Part shown: positions 1 to 12,235 of the stretch, piece by piece | How positions within the stretch are numbered: position 1 is the stretch's first letter | How the letters are laid out: every line of letters begins with the position of its first letter | NCBI GenBank assembly: GCA_958431225.1 | Contig: OY288107.1 | Span: 629,953 to 693,952, forward strand | Source of the DNA: an uncultured Alphaproteobacteria bacterium | GTDB lineage: Bacteria; Pseudomonadota; Alphaproteobacteria; Puniceispirillales; UBA1172 | Direction: 5' to 3' | DNA length: 64,000 nucleotides | Notes under the pieces: generated by a model | What the model saw: only the letters and a program-made list of their open reading frames with translations | The model's database searches: none | What the model was told of the DNA's origin: nothing | Position numbers and translations under genes: made by a program

Positions 1-271
1 GAATGATGGTAATTTCGCTTTCTTCCTCATCGGCAAGTTCCCCCCGCCCAGCTTCACGATAAAGGCGCACAGATTCCTGACGTTGCTTAATCATCGTCTG
101 CAACAGCCCCAAAATATCCTCATCGCCTATTGCCTCGCCATTGCCTTTGGTGCGCACGGCAATATCTTTGTCTTTAATGGCGGCAACAATCAGCCGCAAC
201 GTCGCCAATTTCTTCGCCTCCCCAGCTTTGAGGGCGGCGTTAAGGGCAGTCTGTATAGTGTCTCGCAACAT
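1..271 (-). CDS. GatB/YqeY domain-containing protein (partial, C-terminus outside window)
   Basis: The reverse-strand frame is open from the window edge, with an ATG at 271-269. It translates as MLRDTIQTALNAALKAGEAKKLATLRLIVAAIKDKDIAVR..ILGLLQTMIKQRQESVRLYREAGR, typical of YqeY-like proteins found next to carA. It is absent from the ORF track because its stop lies outside the window. Confidence 0.75.
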   Translation of the reverse strand, partial: MLRDTIQTALNAALKAGEAKKLATLRLIVAAIKDKDIAVRTKGNGEAIGDEDILGLLQTMIKQRQESVRLYREAGRGELADEEESEITII

Positions 272-286
272 ATCATCCTCAACTAT

Positions 287-316
287 TGGCATAAATGCCT
301 TAGGCATAAATAAAGG
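287..316. repeat. Imperfect 15-bp x2 tandem repeat (tGGCATAAATgcctt / aGGCATAAATaaagg)
   Basis: Read directly. GGCATAAAT occurs at 288-296 and 303-311. The first copy is also part of the palindrome GGCAT-AA-ATGCC. It lies in the divergent yqeY/carA region, just upstream of the yqeY start. Confidence 0.6.
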
Positions 317-393
317 CGTATATTTAGCCCATATCGGCACTTGACGCAACCGCTTCATCGCGTTATGAACAACTTCCGAAAGGGGCTTGCGCC

Positions 394-1614
394 ATGCAAG
401 GCTTAAAACGGCGAATGAAACCTACATCTTCCAACCTTTACCCGCCTTCCACGCCCCCGCCGACTGCATTATTGCTTCTTGATGATGGCACGCTTTTTTA
501 CGGGCAGGGTTTTGGTGCCGAAGGCATCCGCATAGGCGAGGTATGTTTCAACACCGCCATGACCGGCTATCAAGAATCCATCACCGACCCATCCTATGCG
601 CGCCAGCTCATCACCTTCACCTTCCCGCATATCGGCAATGTCGGTTGCAACGCGCAGGATATGGAATCGGCAACCCCCGCCGCCCAAGGCATCATCGTCA
701 ATCAACTCCCCACCGCCCCATCAAACTATCGCGCCACACAAAGTTTTGATGCGTGGCTAAAATCCATCAAAATGCCGGGCATAGCCGGTATTGACACCCG
801 CGCCCTCACCCAAAGGATTCGTGATAACGGCGCACCCAATGGCGTATTGGCGGTCAATTTCAAAGGTGCTTTTGACCTAGACACACTCAAAACCCAATTA
901 GAAGAATGGGGCGGATTAAAGGGGCTAGAATTGGCGGCAAGCGTTTCCACCGAATCCAGCCAAGACTGGAACGAGGCAGGATGGGATAGCCAAAACAATG
1001 AATACCGCCAAGCCAGCAAAACCGACACCCGCATCATCGCCTTTGATTACGGCTGCAAACAAAATATTCTGCGGTGCCTAGCCGACACGGCAGGGGCAGT
1101 GCGCGTCGTCCCCGCCCAGACCAGTGCCGAAGACGTGTTAGAGCTCAACCCCGATGGCATTTTCCTATCCAACGGACCCGGCGACCCGGCGGCAACAGCA
1201 AAGGCATATAGTTCCAAAGTGATTCGCCAATTAGCCGAAGCCAACATCCCCATTTTCGGCATCTGCATCGGACATCAACTCATCGCCGAAGCCTTTGGTG
1301 CCAAAACTTTCAAAATGACGCGCGGGCATCGGGGGGCGAATCACCCAGTCAAAGAACTCGCCACGGGACGCATTGAAATCACCAGCCAGAATCACGGCTT
1401 CGCGGTAGATGCCAAAAAACTACCCGCGGAATTAGAAATCACGCATATCTCGCTGTTTGATGGCAGTGTTGAAGGCTTGCGCCACAAAACCCTGCCGATT
1501 TTTTCGGTGCAGCACCACCCCGAATCCTCCCCGGGCCCCCACGATGCCCAACATCTATTCACCCGCTTTGCCGATATGATCAAATCCCATAGGTTAGAAA
1601 ATGCCAAAACGTAA
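394..1614 (+). CDS. carA: Carbamoyl-phosphate synthase small (glutaminase) subunit
   Basis: 406-aa ORF with N-terminal [18 protein letters not shown], the GATase motif FGICIGHQL and HHPE near the C-terminus. AAAGGGG lies 8 nt upstream of the ATG. The 3' end overlaps carB. Confidence 0.95.
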   Translation: MQGLKRRMKPTSSNLYPPSTPPPTALLLLDDGTLFYGQGFGAEGIRIGEVCFNTAMTGYQESITDPSYARQLITFTFPHIGNVGCNAQDMESATPAAQGIIVNQLPTAPSNYRATQSFDAWLKSIKMPGIAGIDTRALTQRIRDNGAPNGVLAVNFKGAFDLDTLKTQLEEWGGLKGLELAASVSTESSQDWNEAGWDSQNNEYRQASKTDTRIIAFDYGCKQNILRCLADTAGAVRVVPAQTSAEDVLELNPDGIFLSNGPGDPAATAKAYSSKVIRQLAEANIPIFGICIGHQLIAEAFGAKTFKMTRGHRGANHPVKELATGRIEITSQNHGFAVDAKKLPAELEITHISLFDGSVEGLRHKTLPIFSVQHHPESSPGPHDAQHLFTRFADMIKSHRLENAKT

Positions 1615-4600
1615 TGACATCAAATCCATTATGATTATCGGTGCCGGTCCGATCATCATCGGGCAGGCTTGCGAGTTTGACTATTCCGGCGCCCAAGCCT
1701 GCAAAGCCCTCAAAGAGGAAGGTTATCGCGTCATTTTGGTCAATTCCAATCCGGCAACGATTATGACCGACCCAGAAATGGCAGACGCCACCTATATTGA
1801 ACCCATCACGCCCGATATGGTGGCAAAAATCATCGCGGAAGAAAACCCCGATGCCCTCCTGCCGACCATGGGCGGTCAAACCGCGCTCAACACCGCGCTA
1901 GAATTGGCGCGCCAAGGGGTGCTTGAACAACACGGCGTAGAACTCATCGGTGCCAGCATCAGTGCCATCGAAAAAGCCGAAGACCGCGAATTATTCCGCC
2001 AAGCCATGGAGCGCATCGGTCTAGCCAGCCCACGCTCGCAACTAGTAAAATCTTTTGAAGACGCGCTAGAAGCCCTAGATTTCGTAGATCTCCCCGCCAT
2101 CATCCGCCCCTCCTTCACCCTCGGCGGAGAGGGCGGCGGCATCGCCTATAACCGCCTAGAATTTGAAACCATCGTCAAAAACGGCTTACAAAAATCCCCG
2201 GTAGGCGAGGTGCTAATTGAAGAATCGGTATTAGGCTGGAAAGAATTTGAAATGGAGGTCGTGCGCGACAAAGCCGACAACGCCATCATCATTTGTTCCA
2301 TAGAAAACATAGACCCCATGGGCGTGCATACCGGCGACAGCATCACCGTAGCCCCCGCCCTCACCCTGACCGACAAAGAATACCAAACCATGCGCGATGC
2401 CTCACTAGCGGTATTGCGCGAAATTGGCGTCGATACCGGCGGCTCCAACGTGCAATTCGCCGTCTGCCCTAAAAGCGGACGCCAGCTCATCATTGAAATG
2501 AACCCCCGCGTCAGCCGTTCCTCCGCCCTTGCCTCCAAAGCCACCGGTTTCCCCATAGCCCGCATCGCCGCCAAATTAGCCATAGGCTACACCCTAGATG
2601 AGCTCAATAACGACATCACCGCCACCACCCCGGCAAGTTTTGAGCCAAGCATTGACTATATCGTCACCAAAATCCCGCGCTTTACCTTTGAGAAATTTGC
2701 GGGCGCCGACACACATCTCAGCACCTCAATGAAATCCGTAGGCGAGGCAATGGCAGTGGGACGCAGTTTCGCCGAATCCCTCCAAAAAGCCTTACGCTCA
2801 CTAGATATAGGGCTTGATGGTTTAGGTGATGCCGAAATGCCCCAAACCGACCATGACGATTTAGCCGAAGACCTCATCAAAGGCTGGCTAGGCGAGCGCG
2901 TCCCCGACCGCCTCCACCGCATCGCTACCGCCTTCCGCCACGGGGTCAGCATAGACACCATCGCCGCCGCCACCAGTTGGGATTTATGGTTCTTGTGCGA
3001 AATTGAAAATATCATCGCCCACGAACTAACCCTAAAAAAACACGGCTTACCCGAAGCCCCCGCCGATTTACTAGCCCTCAAAGCCATGGGCTTCAGCGAC
3101 CAACGCCTAGCCAGTCTCACCGATGGCGATGAGGGTGAAATCCGCCACCACCGCGAATCACTAGGCATCACCCCCATCTTCAAACGCATAGACACTTGTG
3201 CCGCCGAATTCGCCTCGGAAACCGCCTATCTTTATTCAAGTTTTGAAGCCAGCGCCGGACGCCAATGCGAAGCCCGCCCCGCAACCCGCGATAAAATCGT
3301 CATAGTCGGCGGCGGACCCAACCGCATCGGACAGGGCATTGAGTTTGATTATTGCTGTGTCCATGCCGCCTATGCCCTCAGTGCCGAAGGCTACCAGACC
3401 ATCATGATCAACTGCAACCCCGAAACCGTTTCCACGGATTACGACACATCCGACCGCCTCTATTTTGAACCCCTCACCGCCGAGGATGTCATCGCCATCA
3501 TCCGCACCGAACAACAAGCGGGCAATCTCAAAGGCGTGGTGGTGCAATTAGGCGGGCAAACCCCCCTAAAAATCGCCGCCGCCCTTGAAGCCGCAGGCAT
3601 CCCGATTCTTGGCACCAGCGTCGAAGCCATTGATCTCGCCGAAGACCGCGCGCGTTTTCAACATTTAGTCCAAGACCTCGCCATGAAACAACCCGCCAAC
3701 GGCATCGCTACCTCAACCGCCGAAGCCCGCGAAGTCGTTGCGCGCATCGGCTTTCCGGTGGTGATTCGCCCCTCTTACGTGCTAGGCGGGCGCGCCATGG
3801 AGGTGGTGCATTCCCCGGACCAGCTAGAACGCTACATGACCGAAGCCGTCCAAGTATCGGGCAAAAACCCGGTGCTGATTGACGGATTTTTGCACCAAGC
3901 CATTGAAATAGACGTAGATGCGCTAGCCGATGGCGAGGCGGTCTATATCGGCGGCATCATGGAACACGTAGAAGAGGCAGGAATTCACTCAGGCGATAGT
4001 GCCTGTTCGCTCCCCCCACAAACATTGAGCCAAAAACAAATCGCCGAAATTGAACGCCAAACCATCCTCCTCGCCAAAGCCCTAGGCGTCATCGGGCTAA
4101 TGAATATCCAATTCGCCATCAAAGACGATGACGTTTATCTACTTGAAGTCAACCCCCGCGCCAGTCGCACCGTGCCTTTTGTCGCCAAAGCCACCGGCAT
4201 CCCGATGGCAAAATTAGCCGCGCGCATCATGGCAGGCGAAAAACTCGCATCATTCAATTTACAAAAAATCACCATGGATTATGTAGCGGTAAAAGAGGCG
4301 GTATTCCCCTTCGCGCGTTTCCCCGGCGTCGATGTCATGCTAGGGGCGGAGATGAAATCCACCGGCGAGGTCATGGGGCTAGGTCCTGATTTCGCCCACG
4401 CTTTCACCAAGAGCCAGCTAGGGGCAAGCGTGTTCCTGCCGCATGAAGGCACCGTGTTCATCTCGGTCAAAGACGAAGACAAAACCCTCATGCTCCCCGC
4501 CTGCCAAGAATTACACGCATTAGGTTTTCACATCATCGCCACAGCAGGCACGGCGGCCGCCCTCAATGCGGCAGGCATCCCGGCAACCCAAATCAATAAA

Positions 4601-4846
4601 GTCATGCAAGGACAACCGCATGTGGTAGATTATATGCTCGACGGCAAAATCAACCTCGTCATCAACACCGCCCAAGGCGAAGCCGCCATCCACGATAGTC
4701 GCTCCCTGCGTCAGACGGCACTCACCGCCAGCATCCCCTATTACACCACCATCCCCGCCGCCATTGCCGCCACCGCCGCCATCCGCACCATCCGCACGCG
4801 CACCCTTGCGGTGCGTAGTTTGCAATCCTATCTAAAGGGTCATTGA
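1601..4846 (+). CDS. carB: Carbamoyl-phosphate synthase large subunit
   Basis: 1081-aa ORF starting [30 protein letters not shown]. It has duplicated ATP-grasp halves (second half [23 protein letters not shown]) and a C-terminal MGS-like domain. Confidence 0.97.
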   Translation: MPKRNDIKSIMIIGAGPIIIGQACEFDYSGAQACKALKEEGYRVILVNSNPATIMTDPEMADATYIEPITPDMVAKIIAEENPDALLPTMGGQTALNTALELARQGVLEQHGVELIGASISAIEKAEDRELFRQAMERIGLASPRSQLVKSFEDALEALDFVDLPAIIRPSFTLGGEGGGIAYNRLEFETIVKNGLQKSPVGEVLIEESVLGWKEFEMEVVRDKADNAIIICSIENIDPMGVHTGDSITVAPALTLTDKEYQTMRDASLAVLREIGVDTGGSNVQFAVCPKSGRQLIIEMNPRVSRSSALASKATGFPIARIAAKLAIGYTLDELNNDITATTPASFEPSIDYIVTKIPRFTFEKFAGADTHLSTSMKSVGEAMAVGRSFAESLQKALRSLDIGLDGLGDAEMPQTDHDDLAEDLIKGWLGERVPDRLHRIATAFRHGVSIDTIAAATSWDLWFLCEIENIIAHELTLKKHGLPEAPADLLALKAMGFSDQRLASLTDGDEGEIRHHRESLGITPIFKRIDTCAAEFASETAYLYSSFEASAGRQCEARPATRDKIVIVGGGPNRIGQGIEFDYCCVHAAYALSAEGYQTIMINCNPETVSTDYDTSDRLYFEPLTAEDVIAIIRTEQQAGNLKGVVVQLGGQTPLKIAAALEAAGIPILGTSVEAIDLAEDRARFQHLVQDLAMKQPANGIATSTAEAREVVARIGFPVVIRPSYVLGGRAMEVVHSPDQLERYMTEAVQVSGKNPVLIDGFLHQAIEIDVDALADGEAVYIGGIMEHVEEAGIHSGDSACSLPPQTLSQKQIAEIERQTILLAKALGVIGLMNIQFAIKDDDVYLLEVNPRASRTVPFVAKATGIPMAKLAARIMAGEKLASFNLQKITMDYVAVKEAVFPFARFPGVDVMLGAEMKSTGEVMGLGPDFAHAFTKSQLGASVFLPHEGTVFISVKDEDKTLMLPACQELHALGFHIIATAGTAAALNAAGIPATQINKVMQGQPHVVDYMLDGKINLVINTAQGEAAIHDSRSLRQTALTASIPYYTTIPAAIAATAAIRTIRTRTLAVRSLQSYLKGH

Positions 4847-4913
4847 TTTTTGCGAGGGATGTGTTTAGCATTGAGACCAACATTGGCTAGGATAGCAAAA
4901 CAGGTATCCCATC

Positions 4914-5387
4914 ATGGAAAAGATTCCGTTCACCGCTTCAGGGCTTGAGACCATCAAGACTGAATTGACAAAATTGAAAAGCGAAGACCGCCCCGCCGTC
5001 ATCAAGGCCATCGCCGAGGCGCGCGAGCATGGGGATCTGTCGGAAAACGCCGAATACCACGCGGCACGCGAACGCCAATCCTTCATTGAAGGGCGCGTTG
5101 CAGAGTTAGAAGACGTGGTCAGCCGTGCCGAAATCATCAACACCGCCCAAATCACCGGCGAGACCATCACCTTTGGCACCAGCGTCGTGGTGGCGGACGA
5201 GGATAATGACGAAGAATCCGAATACGCCATCGTCGGACCTTACGAAGCCGACCTATCCAAAGGGCTTATTTCCACCTCCTCGCCCATCGCCAAAGCCCTC
5301 ATCGGCAAGCGCGTCGGCGACAGCGCCGAAGTCACCACCCCCGGCGGCGTCAAAAGCTACGAGATTCTTTCCATTAAAGTATTTTAA
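4914..5387 (+). CDS. greA: Transcription elongation factor GreA
   Basis: 157 aa, with EAREHGDLSENAEYHAARERQSFIEGRVAELE coiled-coil motifs and a C-terminal FKBP-like domain. Confidence 0.95.
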   Translation: MEKIPFTASGLETIKTELTKLKSEDRPAVIKAIAEAREHGDLSENAEYHAARERQSFIEGRVAELEDVVSRAEIINTAQITGETITFGTSVVVADEDNDEESEYAIVGPYEADLSKGLISTSSPIAKALIGKRVGDSAEVTTPGGVKSYEILSIKVF

Positions 5388-5414
5388 GGCGGGGTTTTTT
5401 AGGGCGGGGTAATC
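5385..5414. repeat. Imperfect 15-bp x2 tandem repeat across the convergent greA / lrp-family stop codons
   Basis: taaggcggggttttt / tagggcggggtaatc match at 11 of 15 positions. Copy 1 starts with the greA TAA. Copy 2 follows the first base of the reverse-strand TAA of the Lrp-family gene and encodes its last codons (VPITPP). Confidence 0.45.
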
Positions 5415-5878
5415 GGCACACCAATTTCGTGCTTGCCCTCACGAATCACCAGCGCCGTTTTGACATGGCTAACATTTTCCGCCGAGGTCAATCTAGTCGT
5501 AAGAAACACCTGAAATGCGTCCCAATCCTCGGCAACGATTTTCATCAAAAAATCCGTCTCCCCCACGAGCATATAACATTCGCGCACCTCATCCCACTCC
5601 CGCGCCATAGATTCAAATTCTTGTAGGTCATGTTCGGCTTGACTAGTCAGCCCAACAAAAGCAAACACCACCACCGAATAGCCCAGCGCTTCAGGATTGA
5701 CATCCGCATGATAGCCGCGAATCACCTGTTTTTCCTCCAAAGCGCGCACACGGCGGAGACAAGGCGGGGCAGAAATACCGATGCGCTTTGCCAATTCCAC
5801 ATTGGTCATCCGCCCATCCTCTTGCAAATCGCGCAAGATGCGGTGGTCAATAGTGTCTAGTTTTACTTTATTACTCAT
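5399..5878 (-). CDS. Lrp/AsnC family transcriptional regulator
   Basis: 159 aa. N-terminal HTH LDTIDHRILRDLQEDGRMTNVELAKRIGISAPPCLRRVRALEE, followed by an AsnC-type ligand-binding domain. Confidence 0.9.
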   Translation of the reverse strand: MSNKVKLDTIDHRILRDLQEDGRMTNVELAKRIGISAPPCLRRVRALEEKQVIRGYHADVNPEALGYSVVVFAFVGLTSQAEHDLQEFESMAREWDEVRECYMLVGETDFLMKIVAEDWDAFQVFLTTRLTSAENVSHVKTALVIREGKHEIGVPITPP

Positions 5879-5989
5879 AGCGATTTCCTAGTTCTGCGAT
5901 AAAAACATTATGCTAATATAGCGGGAAGCGCAATAATATTACCTATTTTAGGTAAGATATTTATACGCATGCAGGGATAATAGGGGCTT

Positions 5990-6988
5990 TTGGATATGGT
6001 AAAATCACCGCCACATATTTGGGTCATCAGCGACGGCACCAAGGGCATGGAAGTCCAAGCACTAGGGCTAGCCGAACAGCTAAGCCCCGCCCCGCAACTG
6101 ATTCGCGTGCGCCCCCTCCCAAGCCTATCCCGCCATTTCCCCAGCCTAGCCCGCAAGGGATTATGCCCCATGCCCAAGCAACTGCGCCAAGCACTAAATA
6201 CCCACGGCACCCCAGAAATCGTCATCACCTGCGGACGCCGCCATGCCGGATTATCCCTATTGATGCGGCGATTCGGACAAAACAAAGATGGGGGTAAAAT
6301 AAAAACCATCCACATACAAAACCCGCACCTACCAGAAAAATATTTTGATTGGTTAATCGTGCCATCGCATGACAATTTGCGCGGTGAAAATGTATTGGTG
6401 AGTCTAGGCTCGCTCAATCGCTTAAACACCTTAATGCGCCAAAACCCGCCGCCACCCAAAGCCGTCAAAGCCCTAGCGGGGCGCAAAATCGCCGTATTGA
6501 TAGGCGGTTCAAACCGCCGCTACCGCGTCCAAGCCCAAGACTACCACCGCTTCGGCGCATTATTAGCCGACATAGCCTCCATGACCGAATCAGCCCTACT
6601 ACTGATTCCCTCAAGACGCGCCAGCGGTGAGGCACAAGAAGCCATGCGCGCCCCCCTAGCCAACACGCCAAATTGGTGGTGGGACGGCAAAAGCCCCAAC
6701 CCCTACCCATGGATTCTACGCCAAGCCGATGCGGTGATAGTCACCGCCGATAGCGTCAATATGACATCCGAAGCCGTATCAAGCGGCAAGCCCGTCCATA
6801 CTGCCGAACTGCGCCCGGAATCAGGACGCATCGCCCACTTCCACAAAATCATGCAAGAAGCCGGCTACACCAAACCCCTAACCCGCATAGCACTCCACAA
6901 TTTCTTTGATTCGCCATCAAATCCCCCACCTCCTTTGGACGAAACCAAACGCATAGCCAAAATTTTGCGCGAAAAACTAGAAAAATAA
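5990..6988 (+). CDS. ELM1/GtrOC1 (mitochondrial fission ELM1) family protein
   Basis: 332 aa. N-terminus IWVISDGTKGMEVQALGLAEQL, with later GGSNRRY and VTADSVNMTSEA motifs typical of this family in alphaproteobacteria. Confidence 0.72.
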   Translation: MDMVKSPPHIWVISDGTKGMEVQALGLAEQLSPAPQLIRVRPLPSLSRHFPSLARKGLCPMPKQLRQALNTHGTPEIVITCGRRHAGLSLLMRRFGQNKDGGKIKTIHIQNPHLPEKYFDWLIVPSHDNLRGENVLVSLGSLNRLNTLMRQNPPPPKAVKALAGRKIAVLIGGSNRRYRVQAQDYHRFGALLADIASMTESALLLIPSRRASGEAQEAMRAPLANTPNWWWDGKSPNPYPWILRQADAVIVTADSVNMTSEAVSSGKPVHTAELRPESGRIAHFHKIMQEAGYTKPLTRIALHNFFDSPSNPPPPLDETKRIAKILREKLEK

Positions 6989-7930
6989 CGTGCGGTCTTG
7001 GGGCATATTGGCATAAAGATGCGCGCATTCCTCGGCATAGCCATTATAGAGTTGGGTCGGCACACGCTCACCCGTGCCTAAAAGCCGTTCGGTGGCTTGG
7101 CTCCAACGTGGATGCGGCACATCAGGATTCACATTCGCCCAAAATCCATATTCCCGCCCCTGCAATTCCTGCCAATAACTAACCGGTTGCTTATCGGTAA
7201 AAGTAATGCGGACAATGGATTTGATGCACTTAAAGCCATATTTCCAAGGCACGACAAGCCGAATCGGCGCGCCATTTTGGTTAGGCATCGCCTTGCCATA
7301 AAGCCCGGTCGCCAACAAAGGCAAAGTGCTAGACGCTTCTTCAATCGTCAGCCCTTCGGTATAAGGCCAAGGCGACCAACTAGCCCGTTGCCCGGGCGCA
7401 ATATCAGGGTTCAAAAACGTCTCAAACTGCATATATTTCGCGCCGGCGGTAGGCTTAGCAAATTTCACCAAATTGGCAAGTGGCACCCCAGTCCAAGGCA
7501 CCGCCATAGCCCAAGCCTCAACACAACGATGCCGATAAAGCCGCTCCTCTTGGTCGCCAAGTTTGCGAATCAGCGCATCGGCTTGGATGGTAATGTCCTC
7601 CTCCACCATGCCATCAATAACAACTTCCCAAGGGTCAGTCTTAAGCCGTTTAGCCCAACGCCAAATGTTCTTGGAAGAACCAAATTCATAAAAATTAGTA
7701 TAGGTAGTAGCCTCCTCCTCATCAGTAATAGCACGGTCAAGCGTATATTTAGCATTACGAGGCGCCGGAAACCCCTCAATAGCCGCCGAAGCCAGCGAAG
7801 GCACAATCCCCACCCCAGCAGCCGCCCCAATCCCCATAGCACCCAGAATCTGCCGCCGATTAAAATAAACATCCTCCGGCGTAGCCAAATGCTCAGGCAT
7901 ATACCAACTAGGTTTTTGTTTGATCAACAT
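6977..7930 (-). CDS. msrP: Protein-methionine-sulfoxide reductase catalytic subunit MsrP (YedY)
   Basis: 317 aa. Tat signal RRQILGAMGIGAAAGVG, then a molybdopterin oxidoreductase fold (YEFGSSK, HRCVEAWAMAVPWTG, GAPIRLVVPWKYGFK). Confidence 0.9.
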   Translation of the reverse strand: MLIKQKPSWYMPEHLATPEDVYFNRRQILGAMGIGAAAGVGIVPSLASAAIEGFPAPRNAKYTLDRAITDEEEATTYTNFYEFGSSKNIWRWAKRLKTDPWEVVIDGMVEEDITIQADALIRKLGDQEERLYRHRCVEAWAMAVPWTGVPLANLVKFAKPTAGAKYMQFETFLNPDIAPGQRASWSPWPYTEGLTIEEASSTLPLLATGLYGKAMPNQNGAPIRLVVPWKYGFKCIKSIVRITFTDKQPVSYWQELQGREYGFWANVNPDVPHPRWSQATERLLGTGERVPTQLYNGYAEECAHLYANMPQDRTLFF

Positions 7931-8020
7931 AATAAAGTCCTCCTAAAAATTTCCCCGACTCAAAAAAACAGCATAACCCCATTTCCAAAAAAAGCAAAGA
8001 CACACAGAAAAAAATTTCAA

Positions 8021-8059
8021 ATAAAAAAGGGGCAAGGCAAGAAATTCTCACCCCGCCCC
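8021..8059 (-). terminator. Intrinsic terminator (reverse strand)
   Basis: The reverse-strand RNA is GGGGCGGGGUGAGA-AUU-UCUUGCCUUGCCCC followed by UUUUUUAUUU. This is a 14-bp stem including 4 G-U pairs. The same pairs are A-C mismatches on the forward strand, so the structure is strand-specific. It lies 20 nt after the stop of the small reverse-strand frame. Confidence 0.6.
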
Positions 8060-8079
8060 CAAAAAGTCAGGTGTGATGA

Positions 8080-8313
8080 CTAGCCCTTCTGTGGATTGTT
8101 TCCACGGTCGGGACCAGATGGATTCCCAGTTTTACTGGGTCCGTTTGGTGGTGTGTTGTTCATCTTATCGCCTTTCTCCAACTTCAGTTGGTTGCCAAAC
8201 TCCTTTTTGAATACTTCCCTAATTATGTACAGTATGATCTCCAATAAAAAGTCTCTCCAAGCAGAATCATTGTTTGAATCAGACTTTTGGTCGGTATTAG
8301 GTAGGTTCGCTAT
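8080..8313 (-). CDS. Hypothetical small protein (77 codons from an ATA codon; canonical alternatives are TTG at 8244 or ATG at 8163)
   Basis: The reverse frame is open from 8334 to TAG at 8082-8080. AAAGGAGGG lies 5 nt upstream of ATA at 8313, and there is no ATG/GTG/TTG until 8244. The product is ..DSAWRDFLLEIILYIIREVFKKEFGNQLKLEKGDKMNNTPPNGPSKTGNPSGPDRGNNPQKG. It is followed by a strong terminator and I recognise no family. Confidence 0.3.
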   Translation of the reverse strand: MANLPNTDQKSDSNNDSAWRDFLLEIILYIIREVFKKEFGNQLKLEKGDKMNNTPPNGPSKTGNPSGPDRGNNPQKG

Positions 8314-8376
8314 GATACCCTCCTTTCTAAAGTTTCATCACTGCAAAGCCAGCATATTTACTAGCCTCACCCACCT

Positions 8377-8404
8377 CATATAAGTAGCCACTTAAAAATT
8401 TCAA
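8377..8404 (-). promoter_or_regulatory. Candidate sigma70-type promoter for the small reverse-strand unit
   Basis: Reverse strand reads TTGAAA (8404-8399), a 16-nt spacer, then TATATG (8382-8377). Confidence 0.3.
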
Positions 8405-8431
8405 TAGGCGGGGCGCACCAAAAAAACATTC

Positions 8432-11862
<3,431 letters not shown>

Positions 11863-12048
11863 TTTTCCCTCAATTTTTCCTATAAAAACATAGCGAAAAC
11901 ACCCCCAAAAACACCTATAAAAGCACAAAGTTTTTAACAAGCCCCGCCAAATCGCCACAAAAACCCCATAAAAGCCGATTTTCGTTGATTTTTTCAAGGA
12001 ATTGCAAGCATCAGCATTTTTAACCTATTGTTTTTATTGCCTTTGCCT

Positions 12049-12090
12049 AACCTGCCCAAAAATTAGGCATTTTCATAGTTTTGGCAGGTT
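12049..12090. repeat. Inverted repeat (12/13-nt arms, 17-nt loop)
   Basis: AACCTGCCCAAAA ... TTTTGGCAGGTT, with a one-base bulge. It lies in the uvrB-uvrC spacer and is not followed by a clean T-tract. Confidence 0.5.
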
Positions 12091-12119
12091 TTGCCGATTC
12101 GCTAGCCCCAAAACAAAAC

Positions 12120-12154
12120 CTATCCACAAAGTTATCCACAGATTCCGTGGATGA
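12120..12154. promoter_or_regulatory. Cluster of three DnaA-box-like 9-mers
   Basis: CTATCCACA at 12120-12128 (8/9), TTATCCACA at 12132-12140 (9/9 to the E. coli consensus) and, inverted, TCATCCACG at 12154-12146 (7/9). The cluster lies about 80-115 bp upstream of the uvrC ATG. Confidence 0.45.
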
Positions 12155-12235
12155 GATTCGCCCCCCGCATACCCCGCTATTATTACGCCACGCGAAACAC
12201 TTGGCATTTGTCATAAAATCCGCCAAATTACCCTC

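Noticed and set aside
83-344. Forward-strand ORFs of 76 and 67 aa at the window start.
   Set aside because: They lie antisense to the well-supported YqeY-like frame and have no SD or recognisable family.
7097-8083. 328-aa forward ORF antisense to msrP.
   Set aside because: It has an R/P/K/H-rich, low-complexity translation typical of the antisense frame of a GC-rich gene. msrP on the opposite strand has clear family motifs.
8096-8383. 95-aa forward ORF (TTG start) in the AT-rich islet.
   Set aside because: It has no SD and an odd F/S/L-rich composition, and the terminator hairpin works only on the reverse strand. I kept it as an alternative inside the islet finding rather than calling it a gene.
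11863-12235. The spacer as the chromosomal replication origin (oriC).
   Set aside because: There are only three DnaA-like boxes and I saw no CtrA-type TTAA-N7-TTAA sites. The usual alphaproteobacterial origin neighbours (hemE, parAB, dnaA, dnaN) are absent. It cannot be excluded without whole-genome GC-skew analysis.
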